64,000 nt of DNA. Origin: Eledone cirrhosa. Its lineage: Eukaryota. Numbering within the stretch: the first letter of the stretch is position 1; every line of letters begins with the position of its first letter. Positions 24,901 to 36,597 of the stretch are shown here, in pieces. The notes under the pieces are model-generated. The model did not search any database and was not told the DNA's origin. It saw only the letters and a list, made by a program, of their open reading frames with translations. The translations under genes were made by a program, and so were the position numbers. Where the stretch lies: the NCBI GenBank assembly GCA_964016885.1, contig OZ024742.1, positions 178,560,001 to 178,624,000 of the forward strand, written 5' to 3'.

Positions 24901-26436
24901 GGGACTCATAAAATCTATCCATAAGTTCGTCTGGCAACCCCGATTGGGGTGCGTAAGCTGATATTATTGTGGTAATTGTTTTATTCAGGACTAGTCTGAG
25001 TTTAATGATTCTTGCATTTACCCTGTACACTGAGATTACTTTATCTACCCACTTGTCAGCTAGTAGTATACCTACACCACCCATCCCATTGTCATTTCCC
25101 ACCCAGAAAAATTTGTAGCACTGACTTTTTCCTACAAGGACTCTAGCAGACTCTCCTCTCCATCTAGTCTCTTGGACACAGCATGCATCAATTTCCTTTT
25201 GCTCTAGCATTTCTACGATTTCTCCTGCTCTTCCTTTCATTGTGCTTACATTGATGGTACCAACTCGGAGTTTTGGGCATTTGTCGACACTCGTAGGGAA
25301 GGGTCGATTTTTGTAGGGGTGTGTGTGTGCTTCCTCTCTCTGGATTGGGGCTTCACATGGGTGCTTGGTAGCTCACGGATTCATATTCATTTCATCTATT
25401 AATTCAGAGTTGCTCCAATTTATTCTCAGCTCATCTATCGATCCATAACGGTAGGAAAATTCGGGGCTAGAAGAACAGTGGTGGTGGTAATAATGGCAGG
25501 GTGTGTTGGGCTGGGAAGGAGGAGGAGAGAGTTAGGTAGTAGTAGTAGTAGGAGAAGAAATGGCATGCTGAGGTTTGATTGGTCGAATAGGCTATGGTGG
25601 TGGGAGGGAAATTTGTGAGGTAGGCAGCCAGTCATGTCATCAAAATAACCTATAGAAGTGAATGCAGCATGGCAAGATAACCGATAGAAATGAATATAGC
25701 TACAATAATAATAATAGCCAGTCATGGCCTGTAGCCTTTGATGGAGACAGAGTCAGCATGGTAGGGGAAAATGAGGATAACAAAATAAATGTGTTGTGGT
25801 AGCTGAAATACCTGACAAGATTTGTATGGATGGATGGCTGGAACGTGGCTAAATCAACTCTAGTGATTCATTTTAGCCTTTGAGAGTAGAGTGTGTCTTA
25901 TCTTCAATAACTTCAAGATGAGTGAGGAGGAATGGGTGAAGAGGGAATGGGAGGTAATAGGTGGCTTAGAGATAGATAGAGAGAGGGTAGCCATCATAGA
26001 GAGAGGGTAGCCATCATAGAGAGAGAGATAGAGAGAGGGTAGCCATCATAGAGAGAGGGTCGCCATCAAGGCTAACAAACTAACCGATAGAATACAGCAT
26101 GGCAAAGTAGCCGATAGAATACAGCAACAATGATATTAATAATAGCCAGTCATGGCCTGTAGCCTTTGATGGAAAAATAGACAGAGAGAGTCAGCATGGT
26201 AAGGGAAAATGAGGATAACAAAATAAATGTGTTGTGGTAGCTGAAATACCTGACAAGATTTGTATGGATGGATGGCTGGAACGTGGCCAAATCAACTCTA
26301 GTGATTCATTTTAGCCTTTCAGGGTAGAGTGTGTCTTATCTCTTCAATAACTTCCATAAGGAATGGGTGAAGAGGGAACGAGAGGTAATAGGTGGCTTAG
26401 AGATAGATAGAGAGAGTGAGATTTGTGAGGTAGGCA
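21955..26436 (-). mobile_element. Near full-length RTE LINE (APE endonuclease + RT + PHD-like finger, two frameshifts) with repeated 5' region
   Basis: 24587-25240 APE motifs (CCVQETRW, SAYAPQ, AGDFNGHVG, SQIDFIL). 22259-23974 RT (LYADD). (GAT)n tail near 21955-21975. The 5' boundary is approximate. Confidence 0.92.
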
Positions 26437-26598
26437 CATATATATATATATATTGTTTATGCTCTGTGATTTTACATTTGTACAATATTTGCATTTTTTG
26501 TACAATATTTGCATTTTTTTTACACTATGTATTAGACCTTGAATGAATTTGGTTTTCATATTTGTAGATCGTTGATCTGACAACTTATTAAACTTGTT

Positions 26599-26634
<36 letters not shown>

Positions 26635-27455
26635 AAAAACAACCCGTCCTTCCCATGCTGGCATGGAAGAAGGATGTTAAATAATGATGATGATGATATT
26701 ATCATCATCATCATCATCATCATCATTTAACGTCCATCTTCCACGCTAGCTTGGGTTTGGAATATATATATAAACTAGTTTAGTAACATTGTTCTACATA
26801 TATTTATGATTTTATAGCTTGTTTGAATGCTCAATGAAATACGATATGATGTTAACTTACTACAAAAACAAAAACACTTATCACTTGATCTCAGAATTTT
26901 TACTTCTGTCCTATATAGAGTTTTAACAGCATTATTAGTTAACGCAAAGGGCGGTGGATTGGCAGTATCGGTAGAGGGTCGGACGCCTTGCTTTCCAGCA
27001 TAGTTACGTCCCTTTACGATCTGAGTTCAAATCCCTCCGAGGTTGACTTTGCCTTTCATCCTTACGGGGTCGATAAAATAAAGTACCAGTAATGCACTGA
27101 GTAATTGCTGGCCTTGTGCCTAAAGTAGAAACAATTATTAGTTGACGCAAAGAGTTACGGCCCTTTCCATTCTGAGTTCAAATCCCGCCGAGGTTAACTT
27201 TGCCTTTCATCTTTACGGGGTCGATAAAATAAAGTACCAGTAATGCACTGGGTAATTGCTGGCCTTGTGCCTAAAGTAGAAACAATTCTTAGCCCTACCA
27301 TAGGTCAGGTAGATACCAGTCTATATATATTATATGAATTTTGTGTTGTAGATTTATAGGTATATAAATGACATTAGACACTTACTGATGTGCTGACTCC
27401 ATATCTGTGTTAGTCATATTATATATATCTTTAGCAGATGATAAGGGTAATTTAA

Positions 27456-27896
27456 TGTAGTAACAAAGTTGTTAGAGGAACTAATGTAATTGTTATAACG
27501 CCACGAGTAATCAGTTTGGTAGAAAGATATGTTAGTCACATCGACAAACGAGTAACTTGATAACAACGTCAACAAGAAGGATGTTCGTGAGATGAAAAGT
27601 ATGTTTATTTGTTGTGGCACAAAGTAATGTTTTGTTAAATTGTATGATTGTAGTTCAACCTAAAAAAGGTTACAAAAGGAATGTGCCATTGTGCGAGGCC
27701 CGAGGCAGGCCAAAGTGCAAGATCTCACCGTTACATGTTGTACGTATTGTTCCTTCGAAGTTCAGGATGCGAGAGGCTGATTCTTCAAATCCTCGCGGGG
27801 AATTTCTCCCTCAGGGCGCGTAGGGAAACATTCTCTTCTACTGCCGCTGATTGCCACAGAGAATGTTTGTGAGCCCGCGGAATGTAGGTCACTACA
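27456..27896 (-). mobile_element. Solo-LTR-like or TIR element
   Basis: Ends TGTAGTAAC...GTCACTACA, CpG-rich, AATAAA on the minus strand near 27605. No TSD seen. Confidence 0.5.
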
Positions 27897-28378
27897 TATC
27901 CAAGTTGACTGGTACTCATGTTTTTCCATCCCTTCCATCAATCTCAGATGCCCTGAATAAAATAAAAGGGTCCTGAGTACTGTTTTTCTTCCTGACTATG
28001 TGGTAAAAAATATTGTTGGGGTTTGAGGGAAATTAGACTGAAATTTGCCTCCCACATGTCAGAAAACATTCTCCAACTCTATCCGGGCCTGTCTCATAGG
28101 GGTAGTGATATTTCAGCTTATTTTGGGGGACTATAGAAATGATAAAGACCAAAGTGTTTAATATCAACATAAGAAAAGAAAAGGGAGCTACAAAAAAGAA
28201 AAAAAAGGGAAACAGGAGTTAGGATTAATGCTTCTATACTTAATTTTCAACAAAAAAATCCATTGAATGTAGAAATAAGATGTGATAATACGCATATGAA
28301 GCTCATTAAGATCTCTCACATTTTCCAACAGAACACTGATTTAATGAAATTTCTTTGTTTTATATTTCTCTATTAAAG

Positions 28379-28445
28379 CAAAGGTTACTTTGTTGAACCA
28401 ACCATTGTGGAATGTTCTGATCCCAAAGACAGACTAATGCAAGAG
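28379..28445 (+). CDS. ALDH4A1: P5C dehydrogenase exon 11
   Basis: AAG acceptor after a pyrimidine tract, GTAAGT donor. KGYFVEPTIVECSDPKDRLMQE. Confidence 0.92.
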
Positions 28446-28756
28446 GTAAGTAATACAGGATTGACATCATTTTACTGTTCTGGTCTTTTATAATCTAACC
28501 CTTTTGTGACCAAACCCATGGTTATATGATACAAAACTCTTTGTTTTTTAAAGTGTTTATATTTATCTAAGCAGGGTGAGCATCCATGCAGAAGATTTTG
28601 TTGTATTGTGTGAACAGTGTGTATTCCCATAAATCTAGGAATTTGTGCCACCAGTTAAGAAGGGAGTGGGGAGATGTGAGGATTTTCTGAAAGGATTTAT
28701 AGTTAGATTTATGGTTAGTCTTTGACTGCCATTTGACACCCAAAATTTGTCTCGAC

Positions 28757-28935
28757 CAGGGGTCTCAAACTCAATGATTCAAAGTCCATTACATCTTGGG
28801 GTGTAGGGGAATTAGTACAAAATATAGGGTAGGGGAGGAAGACATTTTGTTTCAAATTTCCTTAATTAGTCACAAAAAATATTCTTCTGCTGGCCATAGG
28901 AAAGTAGTTAGTGGGCTTCCTATTTGAAATTTTTG
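28757..28935. mobile_element. hAT (Charlie-like) MITE, degenerate
   Basis: caggggtctcaaac left end. The 8-bp flanks gtctcgac and atctagac match at 6/8. Confidence 0.6.
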
Positions 28936-29054
28936 ATCTAGACCTTTTCATCATCATTACCATCCTCCTTGTTGTCATTACAATAATAATTCCTCTTTTA
29001 AATTTTCCTTCCATATAATCTATCTAATAAATGGATTGTATATTTCTTTTGTAG

Positions 29055-29176
29055 GAAATATTTGGTCCAGTGTTGTCTTTGTTTGTGTATCCAGATTCAG
29101 AATATAAAACATATGCCAACTTAGTCAACGAAACATCTCCCTTTGGTCTTACTGGAGCAATTTACTGTCTAGACAG
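29055..29176 (+). CDS. ALDH4A1: P5C dehydrogenase exon 12
   Basis: tgtag/GTAC boundaries. EIFGPVLSLFVYP...SPFGLTGAIYCLD. Confidence 0.95.
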
Positions 29177-29253
29177 GTACGTTTAGTGTGTGTGTGTGTG
29201 TGTGTATCTTCATCATTGTTTGAAGTCTGTTTTCCCTGATATATATATATATA

Positions 29254-29442
29254 CAGGTAAAATTCTGTTATAACAAATACCATTATAACAAATTTTTCAG
29301 TATTACAACATTTTTTTCCAATCCTCAAGGTAATAACAAATGAACGCTCGATTTGTTTTGGTCGATCTCATTATAAAGAATTTTTCATTACAACAAATTT
29401 TTTTTTATACCCTGTGAATTTTGTTATAATGGAATTTCACTG
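29254..29442. mobile_element. pogo/Tigger-type MITE
   Basis: TA|caggtaaaattctgttataac ... gttataatggaatttcactg|TA. Confidence 0.7.
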
Positions 29443-29444
29443 TA

Positions 29445-31980
29445 TCCTAACTATCTGTAACACTAACTTCAAAAAACGTGACAATCACCTGATCATCTAT
29501 AGATCCGGGGAACACACAAGCCAGGTAGATTATATCCTTACCAGAAGACGTGACAGAGTGTCTGTTGTAAACACTAAATCCCTCCCCCATGAAGAATGCA
29601 CCTCCCAACATAGACTGATAATTAGCGACCTCATAGTCAGGACGAGACGTACTCGACAGCAGAAGAGGACTATCCTCAGGAGAAAAATATGGAAGCTAAA
29701 GGACCCCACAGCCAGAAATAAATTTCAAAGCATATTACTTGATGCTTTCGACAGTAAGGAAGAACATTTAGAGTCGGACAATATAGAGGGACAGTGGGAA
29801 TTTCTGAAAGCAAACCTGCTGATGGCGACAGACGAAGTCTGTGGCTGGAGCAGGCCTGTAGGCAGGAGGAGAGTAACATGGTGGTGGAACAGTAAGGTGG
29901 AGGGGTCAATTAAGGCCAAAAAGCAGGCTTGGAAAGTATGGCGGGATGGGGGAAGTAGAGACTATCAAGTGGCTAGGAGGGAAGCTAGGAGACAAGTGTA
30001 CTTAGCAAGAAGGGAAGCTGAGGAAAGAAAGTTCAAGCATGTTCTACAACGCGAGGACCAAAAACGTGAGGTGTTCAGGATTGCTAGGCAATGCGTCAAG
30101 GAAAACCGTGATATTGTCGGGGAGAAGTGTGTACTTAACGATGACGGCATACTTGCCATCACCGACGCTGATAAGAAGGTAGCTTGGAAGTGTCACTATG
30201 AAAGGCTACTAAATGAGGAGAATAAATGGGAGAAAGACAGTCTCCCCCCTATCGACCCAATAGAGGGACCAGCAGTGTTAGTCGAGGGGAGTATAATAAG
30301 TAAGGCAATCAAGGATATGAAGACGGGTAAGGCGGCTGGGCCTTCGGAAATAGTTGCTGAGATGCTGAAGGCATCTGGCACGGTGGGACACACCATGGTC
30401 ACCCGCATAGTTAACCAAGTCGTACAGAATGGGGTTGTTCCGAAGGACTGGCATAGCAGCATCATCGTTAACTGTTATAAGGGTAAAGGAGACGCCCTAG
30501 ATAGGAGTAACTATAGAGGCATTAAATTAATCGACCAGGTCATGAAGGTCACGGAAAAAGTAATAGCACAACTAATCAGAGAGAGAATTGACCTAGATGA
30601 AATGCAGTTCGGGTTTGTGTCGGGCAAAAGTACCACAGACGCTCTTTTCATTGTACGACAACTACAGGAGAAGTACCTAGCTAAAGGTAAACCCCTCTAC
30701 TTAGCTTTTGTCGACTTGGAGAAAGCCTTCGACAGAGTCCCCCGCTCCATTATCTGGTGGGCTCTTAGAAAACTAGGCGTTGACGAATGGCTTGTGAGAG
30801 CTATACAAGCCATGTATAAAGAAACAGTCAGCAAGGTTAGAATTAACAACGAATATAGTGAAGAGTTTAGCGTAAAAGTTGGCGTCCATCAGGGCTCTGT
30901 TCTCAGCCCCCTACTATTTATTATTGCCCTTCAGGCTATAACAGAGGAGTTCAAGACCGGCTGCCCATGGGAACTCCTATACGCAGACGACCTGACACTC
31001 ATAGCGGAATCAATGGCCGAGCTAGAGAAGAAATTCCAAACATGGAAGCACGGCCTAGAATCAAAAGGACTTAAAATTAACCTGGCTAAGACTAAAGTTC
31101 TAGTTTGTAGGAAAGAAAATAAGGCGGCGGCCCCTTCTGGGAAATGGTCGTGCTCGGTGTGTAGGAAAGGCGTAGGTAGAAACTCCATTTTATGTCCTAA
31201 ATGCAAAGTATGGGTGCATAAAAGATGTAGTGGGATCACAGGTAAGCTAACTAAGAACATAGATTTTACATGTGGCCGGTGCTCTGGTGCAATAAGTAGC
31301 AGCAAGTGCCCACAAAATACTAGCTCTTTCAATTGCGCAGAGGGTTCTATAGAAATAGTGGACAGCTTCCGTTACCTGGGTGATAAAATCAGCAGTGGGG
31401 GAGGGTGCTCTGAAAGTACAGTAGCTAGAGTCAGAACTGGTTGGAAAAAGTTCAGAGAGCTTATACCACTATTAGCTGCTAAAGGGTTCTCCCTAAAAAT
31501 GAAAGGCAGGTTGTACGATGCCTGCATACGAACAGCAATGTTGCATGGCAGTGAGACCTGGGCATTGTGTGCAGAGGATATACGCAGACTAGAGAGGAAC
31601 GAAGCTTGCATGCTCCGCTGGATGTGTAATAGTAATATACGTGAACGGCAAAGCATAAACGAACTAAGGAAAAAATTAGAAATAAGAGGGATCAGATGTT
31701 GTTTACTTGAGAGAAGGCTACGTTGGTATGGACACGTGATGCGCATGAAAGTCGATAGCTGTATAACAAAGTGCAGGGCAATAAAGATAGACGGTAGCCA
31801 CGGAATAGGCAGACCTAGAAAAACCTGGGACGAGCTGATAAACTCCGACCTCATACACTTACACCTCTCCAAGACAATGTCACTGGACTGAGACCTTTGG
31901 CGGAACTCAGTAACAGAGAAGACCCGCCTTACCTAAATACATAGTAAAACCTACTACAGCCAGTAGGCATCTCTAACAAA
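29445..31980 (+). mobile_element. RTE LINE, 5'-truncated, about 815 codons still open; 3' tail missing
   Basis: ORF 29414-31891 has the end of APE (SQVDYIL, SQHRL), a full RT (LYADD), a C4HC3 finger and LRWYGHV. Close relative of the copy at 2163-4824. Confidence 0.94.
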
Positions 31981-32497
31981 CCAGGATTTTTTCATTCTGA
32001 GGATTGAAAGCAAAACCTTTTGCTTTTAAGAAACCACTGGTAAATGGAATAATTGCCTTATGTTGTTTATTACATAATAATATATATATATGTATGCAAA
32101 ATGTAAACAGAAACAACACAGTAAAATGAAGAAATATATTAGTTTAATGCTTGATATAGTAAGAAAAGAGTCTTTATGTTTCAGCCACTAGTCTTTCATC
32201 AGAAGATAGAATGAGAAATAAAGGATGAACTAGAAAGTGCAAAGAGGAAAAAAAGACGGAAAATGTTTTTGAGAAAAAGCATGTGTATATTCAGTCAGCC
32301 ATGTTGGAATATATATATATCAATAATTTCATTAATTAACCCCTTTTGTTTTGTTCATTGTCTCCGTTAAAACTAATGAGTCTACGCTGTTTCAGGATCT
32401 ATTCTTTGTTTCATCGAGTGAATGGGTAACAACCATTTGTATTACTATTCTCAGACAGAACAACATGAATTAATTTTGAAAACAATACTATTATTAC

Positions 32498-32530
<33 letters not shown>

Positions 32531-32801
32531 GTATATATATATATATAAGCTTTTTGCTTACATTAATTTCTCTATTTTCATTTATATATATAGTACATGT
32601 ATGTTAATAAAGGGGTTTTCTAATATAGATTCTGCTAAAGATGAGAGAAACCCTATGCTATCCAGTTTCCTTGATACAGCAGTAATTCAAAATTGGCTGA
32701 GGCTTTACTCCAGCAGTTGTAGACTGTTAGGCTAAGGGCTGCAGCGTTCAAAATTTATAAATGGAGAGAGAATAACCAAGTTATACTTAAAACATAATTT
32801 T

Positions 32802-32887
32802 AATTCTACATATGTTTCAATGTATAGGGGCGGGCCATACCATATATATGAGGTATCTGTCTGTCGCTCTACATATCTTCAGGAATT
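32802..32887 (-). ncRNA. Type I hammerhead ribozyme motif (Penelope-type)
   Basis: Reverse complement reads AATTC-CTGAAGA-(long stem II ATGTAG..TACAT)-GAAA-CATATG-TA-GAATT. Confidence 0.72.
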
Positions 32888-32961
32888 TAGATATTGTTAT
32901 ACGTTTCAAGAGTATGACATACAAGAGATAACTCCACACCATAGATGAGGTTCATACCATA

Positions 32962-33303
32962 TCATCATCATCATCATTTCATTTTACGTCCGCTTTTCCC
33001 TGCTTGCAAGGGTGGGACGGGAACTGATTCTGGCTTGATTTCTACAGCTGGATGCCCTTCCTAACACCAACCTCATTTACAGTGAGTGCTGGGTGTTTTT
33101 TTTGCCGTGGCACCTCCACGACCACTTTGCAGTGGAATGATAGGGACCCCAGTCCCTTTCATCTCATTTCTACAGCTGAGTAAACTGGAGCAATGTGAAA
33201 TAAAGTGTCTTGCTCAAGGCAACAACACATCACCCGGTCTGAGAATTGAACTCACAACCTTTCGATTGCAAGGCCAATGCTCTAACCACTAAGCCATGGG
33301 CCT
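32962..33303 (-). mobile_element. SINE family B: tRNA head, CORE-like body, RTE tail. Related bodies near 16020, 17750, 36712, 40660, 41410, 45360, 47970, 54475, 57990
   Basis: Minus strand reads tggcttagtggttaga...gagttcaattc, cttgagcaagacacttta..gctccagtttactcagctgtagaaatgag, then sequence shared with the RTE 3'UTR and (GAT)n. Confidence 0.8.
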
Positions 33304-34598
33304 CCATCAATTAATATATTGCAATTTCAAGCACATTCAACAGTAAAGCAGAAGCGGTATTAAAAACAGTATATCAAAATGTCGTACTTCTGTACATCTG
33401 TATATTAATAGACATGATTAAAATTACATGAGAATTTTAGTGTGTATATTGATGAGAAAAAGGACAGTAGTTAGTCAATTATGTGTTAGGCATATAAAAA
33501 TATATAAAACATAAAAAATGAAAAAGAAGATTCGTTTGAAAGTAATTCTTCTTGATAAGAAATTTCCAACGGTACACAAAAAATCTCTAATTGTAAAACA
33601 CTGATATTAAACTTATATTATAATACAATACAATGAGATATCGATAGATAATTAAACAATTTTTATTTTGCAGACTTACATAGATTTATAGGCAGCGAAT
33701 TGGCAGAGTCGTTAAAACGTCGGATAGAATGCTTTATGATATTCGTCCCACCTCTGAGTTCAAATCTCACCGGGGGTCAACTTTGCCGTTCATCCTTTCA
33801 AGGTTGATAAAAAAAGTACCAGTTCAGTGCTGGGGGTCAAGTCTTTCTTTATAGAAAAAATTGGCTGTGTTCAGACCTGAAGAGAGTTAAGCTCCGCCAG
33901 GTTAAAGGTGCCCTAGACACGCTGTTTGATGGTGCCTCTACGACTCCGCAAGGAGTTATGAGATCTTTATCTTTTAATAGATTTTTATATTAGAATGTTC
34001 ACCAAATGCCTGTATAAAAATATACATATGAAACCACAATGTTATAATAATTGTTATTAATTTAATATACTGGAACTGAAGATAGTTATTATAAGTAAAT
34101 AATTAACCTACAAATTTACCCTGCATCTAGATAAATTTTCCCCTAAAATTTTTCAAAATTCCAGCACCAAAATATAATGACGCACATGATGTTATAGAAC
34201 CCAGAAGCATTTGGTTACAAAGTCAACTTCTTAACCACACAACCTTATACATTGTTATTATGATAGGGCGGTGTATAGGCAGTATCAGTAGAGCCTCGGA
34301 CATCTTGCTTTGATTGGCAGAATTGGTAGAGTGTCTGACAACTTGCTTTGCAGCATATAGTTATGGCCCTTTATGTTCAGAGTTCAAATCCCTCTAACGT
34401 TAGTTTTGCCTTTCATCCTCATGGTTTAAATAAAAATAAAGTACCAGTAATGCACTGGAGTTGATTTAGTTGTCTTTCCCTTTCCCTTTTAATTGCTGAT
34501 CTTTTGTTTAAAGTAGAAACAATTATTATTATAGTGATATTTAGAGTATTCAAGTTCCTTTATTTTTTCATGTATTTTGTTTCTCTTTCTGCCTGTAG

Positions 34599-34717
34599 TG
34601 AAGCATTAAACACCCTGAATGATCTCTTCAGAGACTCAGTTGGTAACTATTACATTAATGATAAATCAACTGGATCTGTCGTTGGACAACAACCATTTGG
34701 TGGCAGTCGCTTGTCAG
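34599..34717 (+). CDS. ALDH4A1: P5C dehydrogenase exon 13
   Basis: tgtag/GTGAGT boundaries. ..GNYYINDKSTGSVVGQQPFGGSRLS is a P5CDH signature. Confidence 0.95.
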
Positions 34718-35059
34718 GTGAGTTAAAATAGCAGGTATTTCATCTCGTGTAGTCTTAGCTATACTCTGTATTTTATATTCAGTCGTTGGTCAGGTAAATT
34801 AGGATACTGAGAATCCCATCTCGTGTAGTCTTAGATATACACTCTGTTTTATATACATCCATTACATAAACTTTGACTGTTGGTTTCACTCATACATGTA
34901 TTCATGAACACATATACATTACATATACTGTGACAATGCCTTACACATACATATACACTCATGAATATACAGACATTAAATATACTGGGGGTAATGTTTC
35001 ACAAACATGCGCATTACATATATGAGGTAGTGAGGACTGTTACCTATCATTTTCTTTGT

Positions 35060-35612
35060 TATCATTTATTTATTTAAGTAATGTCAGGCTGAGAAAGGTA
35101 TCTAATACCCCATATAAATAAGAAACAAATATAAGGGAGAGAGTGTTTAAAGATTGACAAAAAAAAGACTGTTCAAGTTTTTAAACACAAAGAAGCAAAC
35201 ATAGACACACACGCACACCAGGTGTGAATACAGAGGAGCCGAACACCCACTGTCATAGACTCTCTATCTCTCTCTCGCCCTCCCCATTGCTATTATGAGC
35301 AAATGGGGTCCCATGCGCTGTCTGCTCCATGGCCCCGGCGGACAGAATACAGAAGGTAATTCCCCGGAGGATGGTGAGGAAGATGCACTGGAAGAGACAT
35401 TCCATCTCGCGAGGCTCACACCTGCAGCTAGCCAGCTCAGCCCCTATGGTGGTAATTAGGGAGGTAGCCCTAGGGCCAAGGATGCCAGAATCTCAACTGC
35501 TAGCGGCTTGACTGCAAATCTGTCGGAGAACGACCAATACTTGGAGAGTTTACCCTCCTCAGCTCGAAGTGCAGCCGAGCCTGGGTTAATCGTAGACTGC
35601 ACCAGCTTGCCA
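35060..35612 (-). mobile_element. CRE-like non-LTR retrotransposon 3' fragment (restriction-like endonuclease C-terminus)
   Basis: Minus translation with one frameshift: PGSAALRAEEGKLSKY..KPLAVE/SGILGP..EPRE..LFQCIFLTILRGITFCILSAG. (TAAA)n tail near 35065. Confidence 0.72.
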
Positions 35613-36248
35613 TATATTGTGATAAACCTTCACATACATATATATACACTGGTGAACATATACATATATACACTCAGGAACAAACATACACATTACATAT
35701 AATGTGACATTGTCTCATACATGTACACTCATGAACAAACACATACATTATATATATACTGTGAAACTGACATACATATTCACATACTGTAACACTGTCA
35801 TACATACACTCATGAACTTACACATACATGCTGTGACTATGTGCCTCAACCCCTTTTCAATGTCAGATTATTTTACTATAAAATTGCTTTTTGTTTTCCT
35901 TTGTTTTAATAGCAAGAATATAAATAAGTTTTCTAAACTCTATTATCTTGTATTTCCATATAAATTTAACTTTCTAGGCTAGATGATCTAACTATTTCAT
36001 TCCATTACTCTTCCTATCATTTATCACTGGTTCTCAGCCAGTCACTTTCATCTTTCCTCAACACATGACCTATACATTTCATTCCATTTCTTTTCACAAC
36101 ATCACTGGTTCAATTTCCATCTTCCTTTGCAATTCATTATTTGTCTTCCTCTCTCTCTCAGTGATATTTCGCATAAAATATATGTTCTGATGTGTGTGTG
36201 TATATATATATAAATTTGTATATATATATATATATTTTTTTTTTTCAG

Positions 36249-36361
36249 GTACGAATGACAAAGCTGGTGGGCCATACTACCTCATGAAATTTGTTTCTAT
36301 ACAATCAATCAAAGAAAGCAAAATTCCACTTCAAACTTGGAAGTATCCATACATGGGTTAG
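36249..36361 (+). CDS. ALDH4A1: P5C dehydrogenase terminal exon 14
   Basis: tttttcag acceptor. GTNDKAGGPYYLMKFVSIQSIKE..WKYPYMG, then TAG at 36359-36361. Confidence 0.95.
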
Positions 36362-36597
36362 AAGTTAATATAAGAAAAACATCCCATAAATTCCAGGCAG
36401 CTATAAAACAAAAGACTGTAAAATGAAGGAATACTCAAAACAAATGTATTTTAATAGTTCTTGATTTCAATTTGTGTGTATGTACCTGTCTGTATGTGTG
36501 TTTAGGTGCTAAGTGAAAACTGTTGTGAAGTTCAGATTTTAATCCAACCTACATGTATATGCATTTGTTTTGCAAGGTCCTTGTGTTAAAATAGATA

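Noticed and set aside
29414-29444. Start of the 825-aa ORF as a genuine initiation site
   Set aside because: The GTG start lies in the adjacent MITE. The LINE lacks most of its endonuclease, so it is not autonomous.
32375-32425. Minus-strand TCGATGA...GAAACAGCGTA hammerhead-like string
   Set aside because: The core is altered and the stem I arms do not pair.
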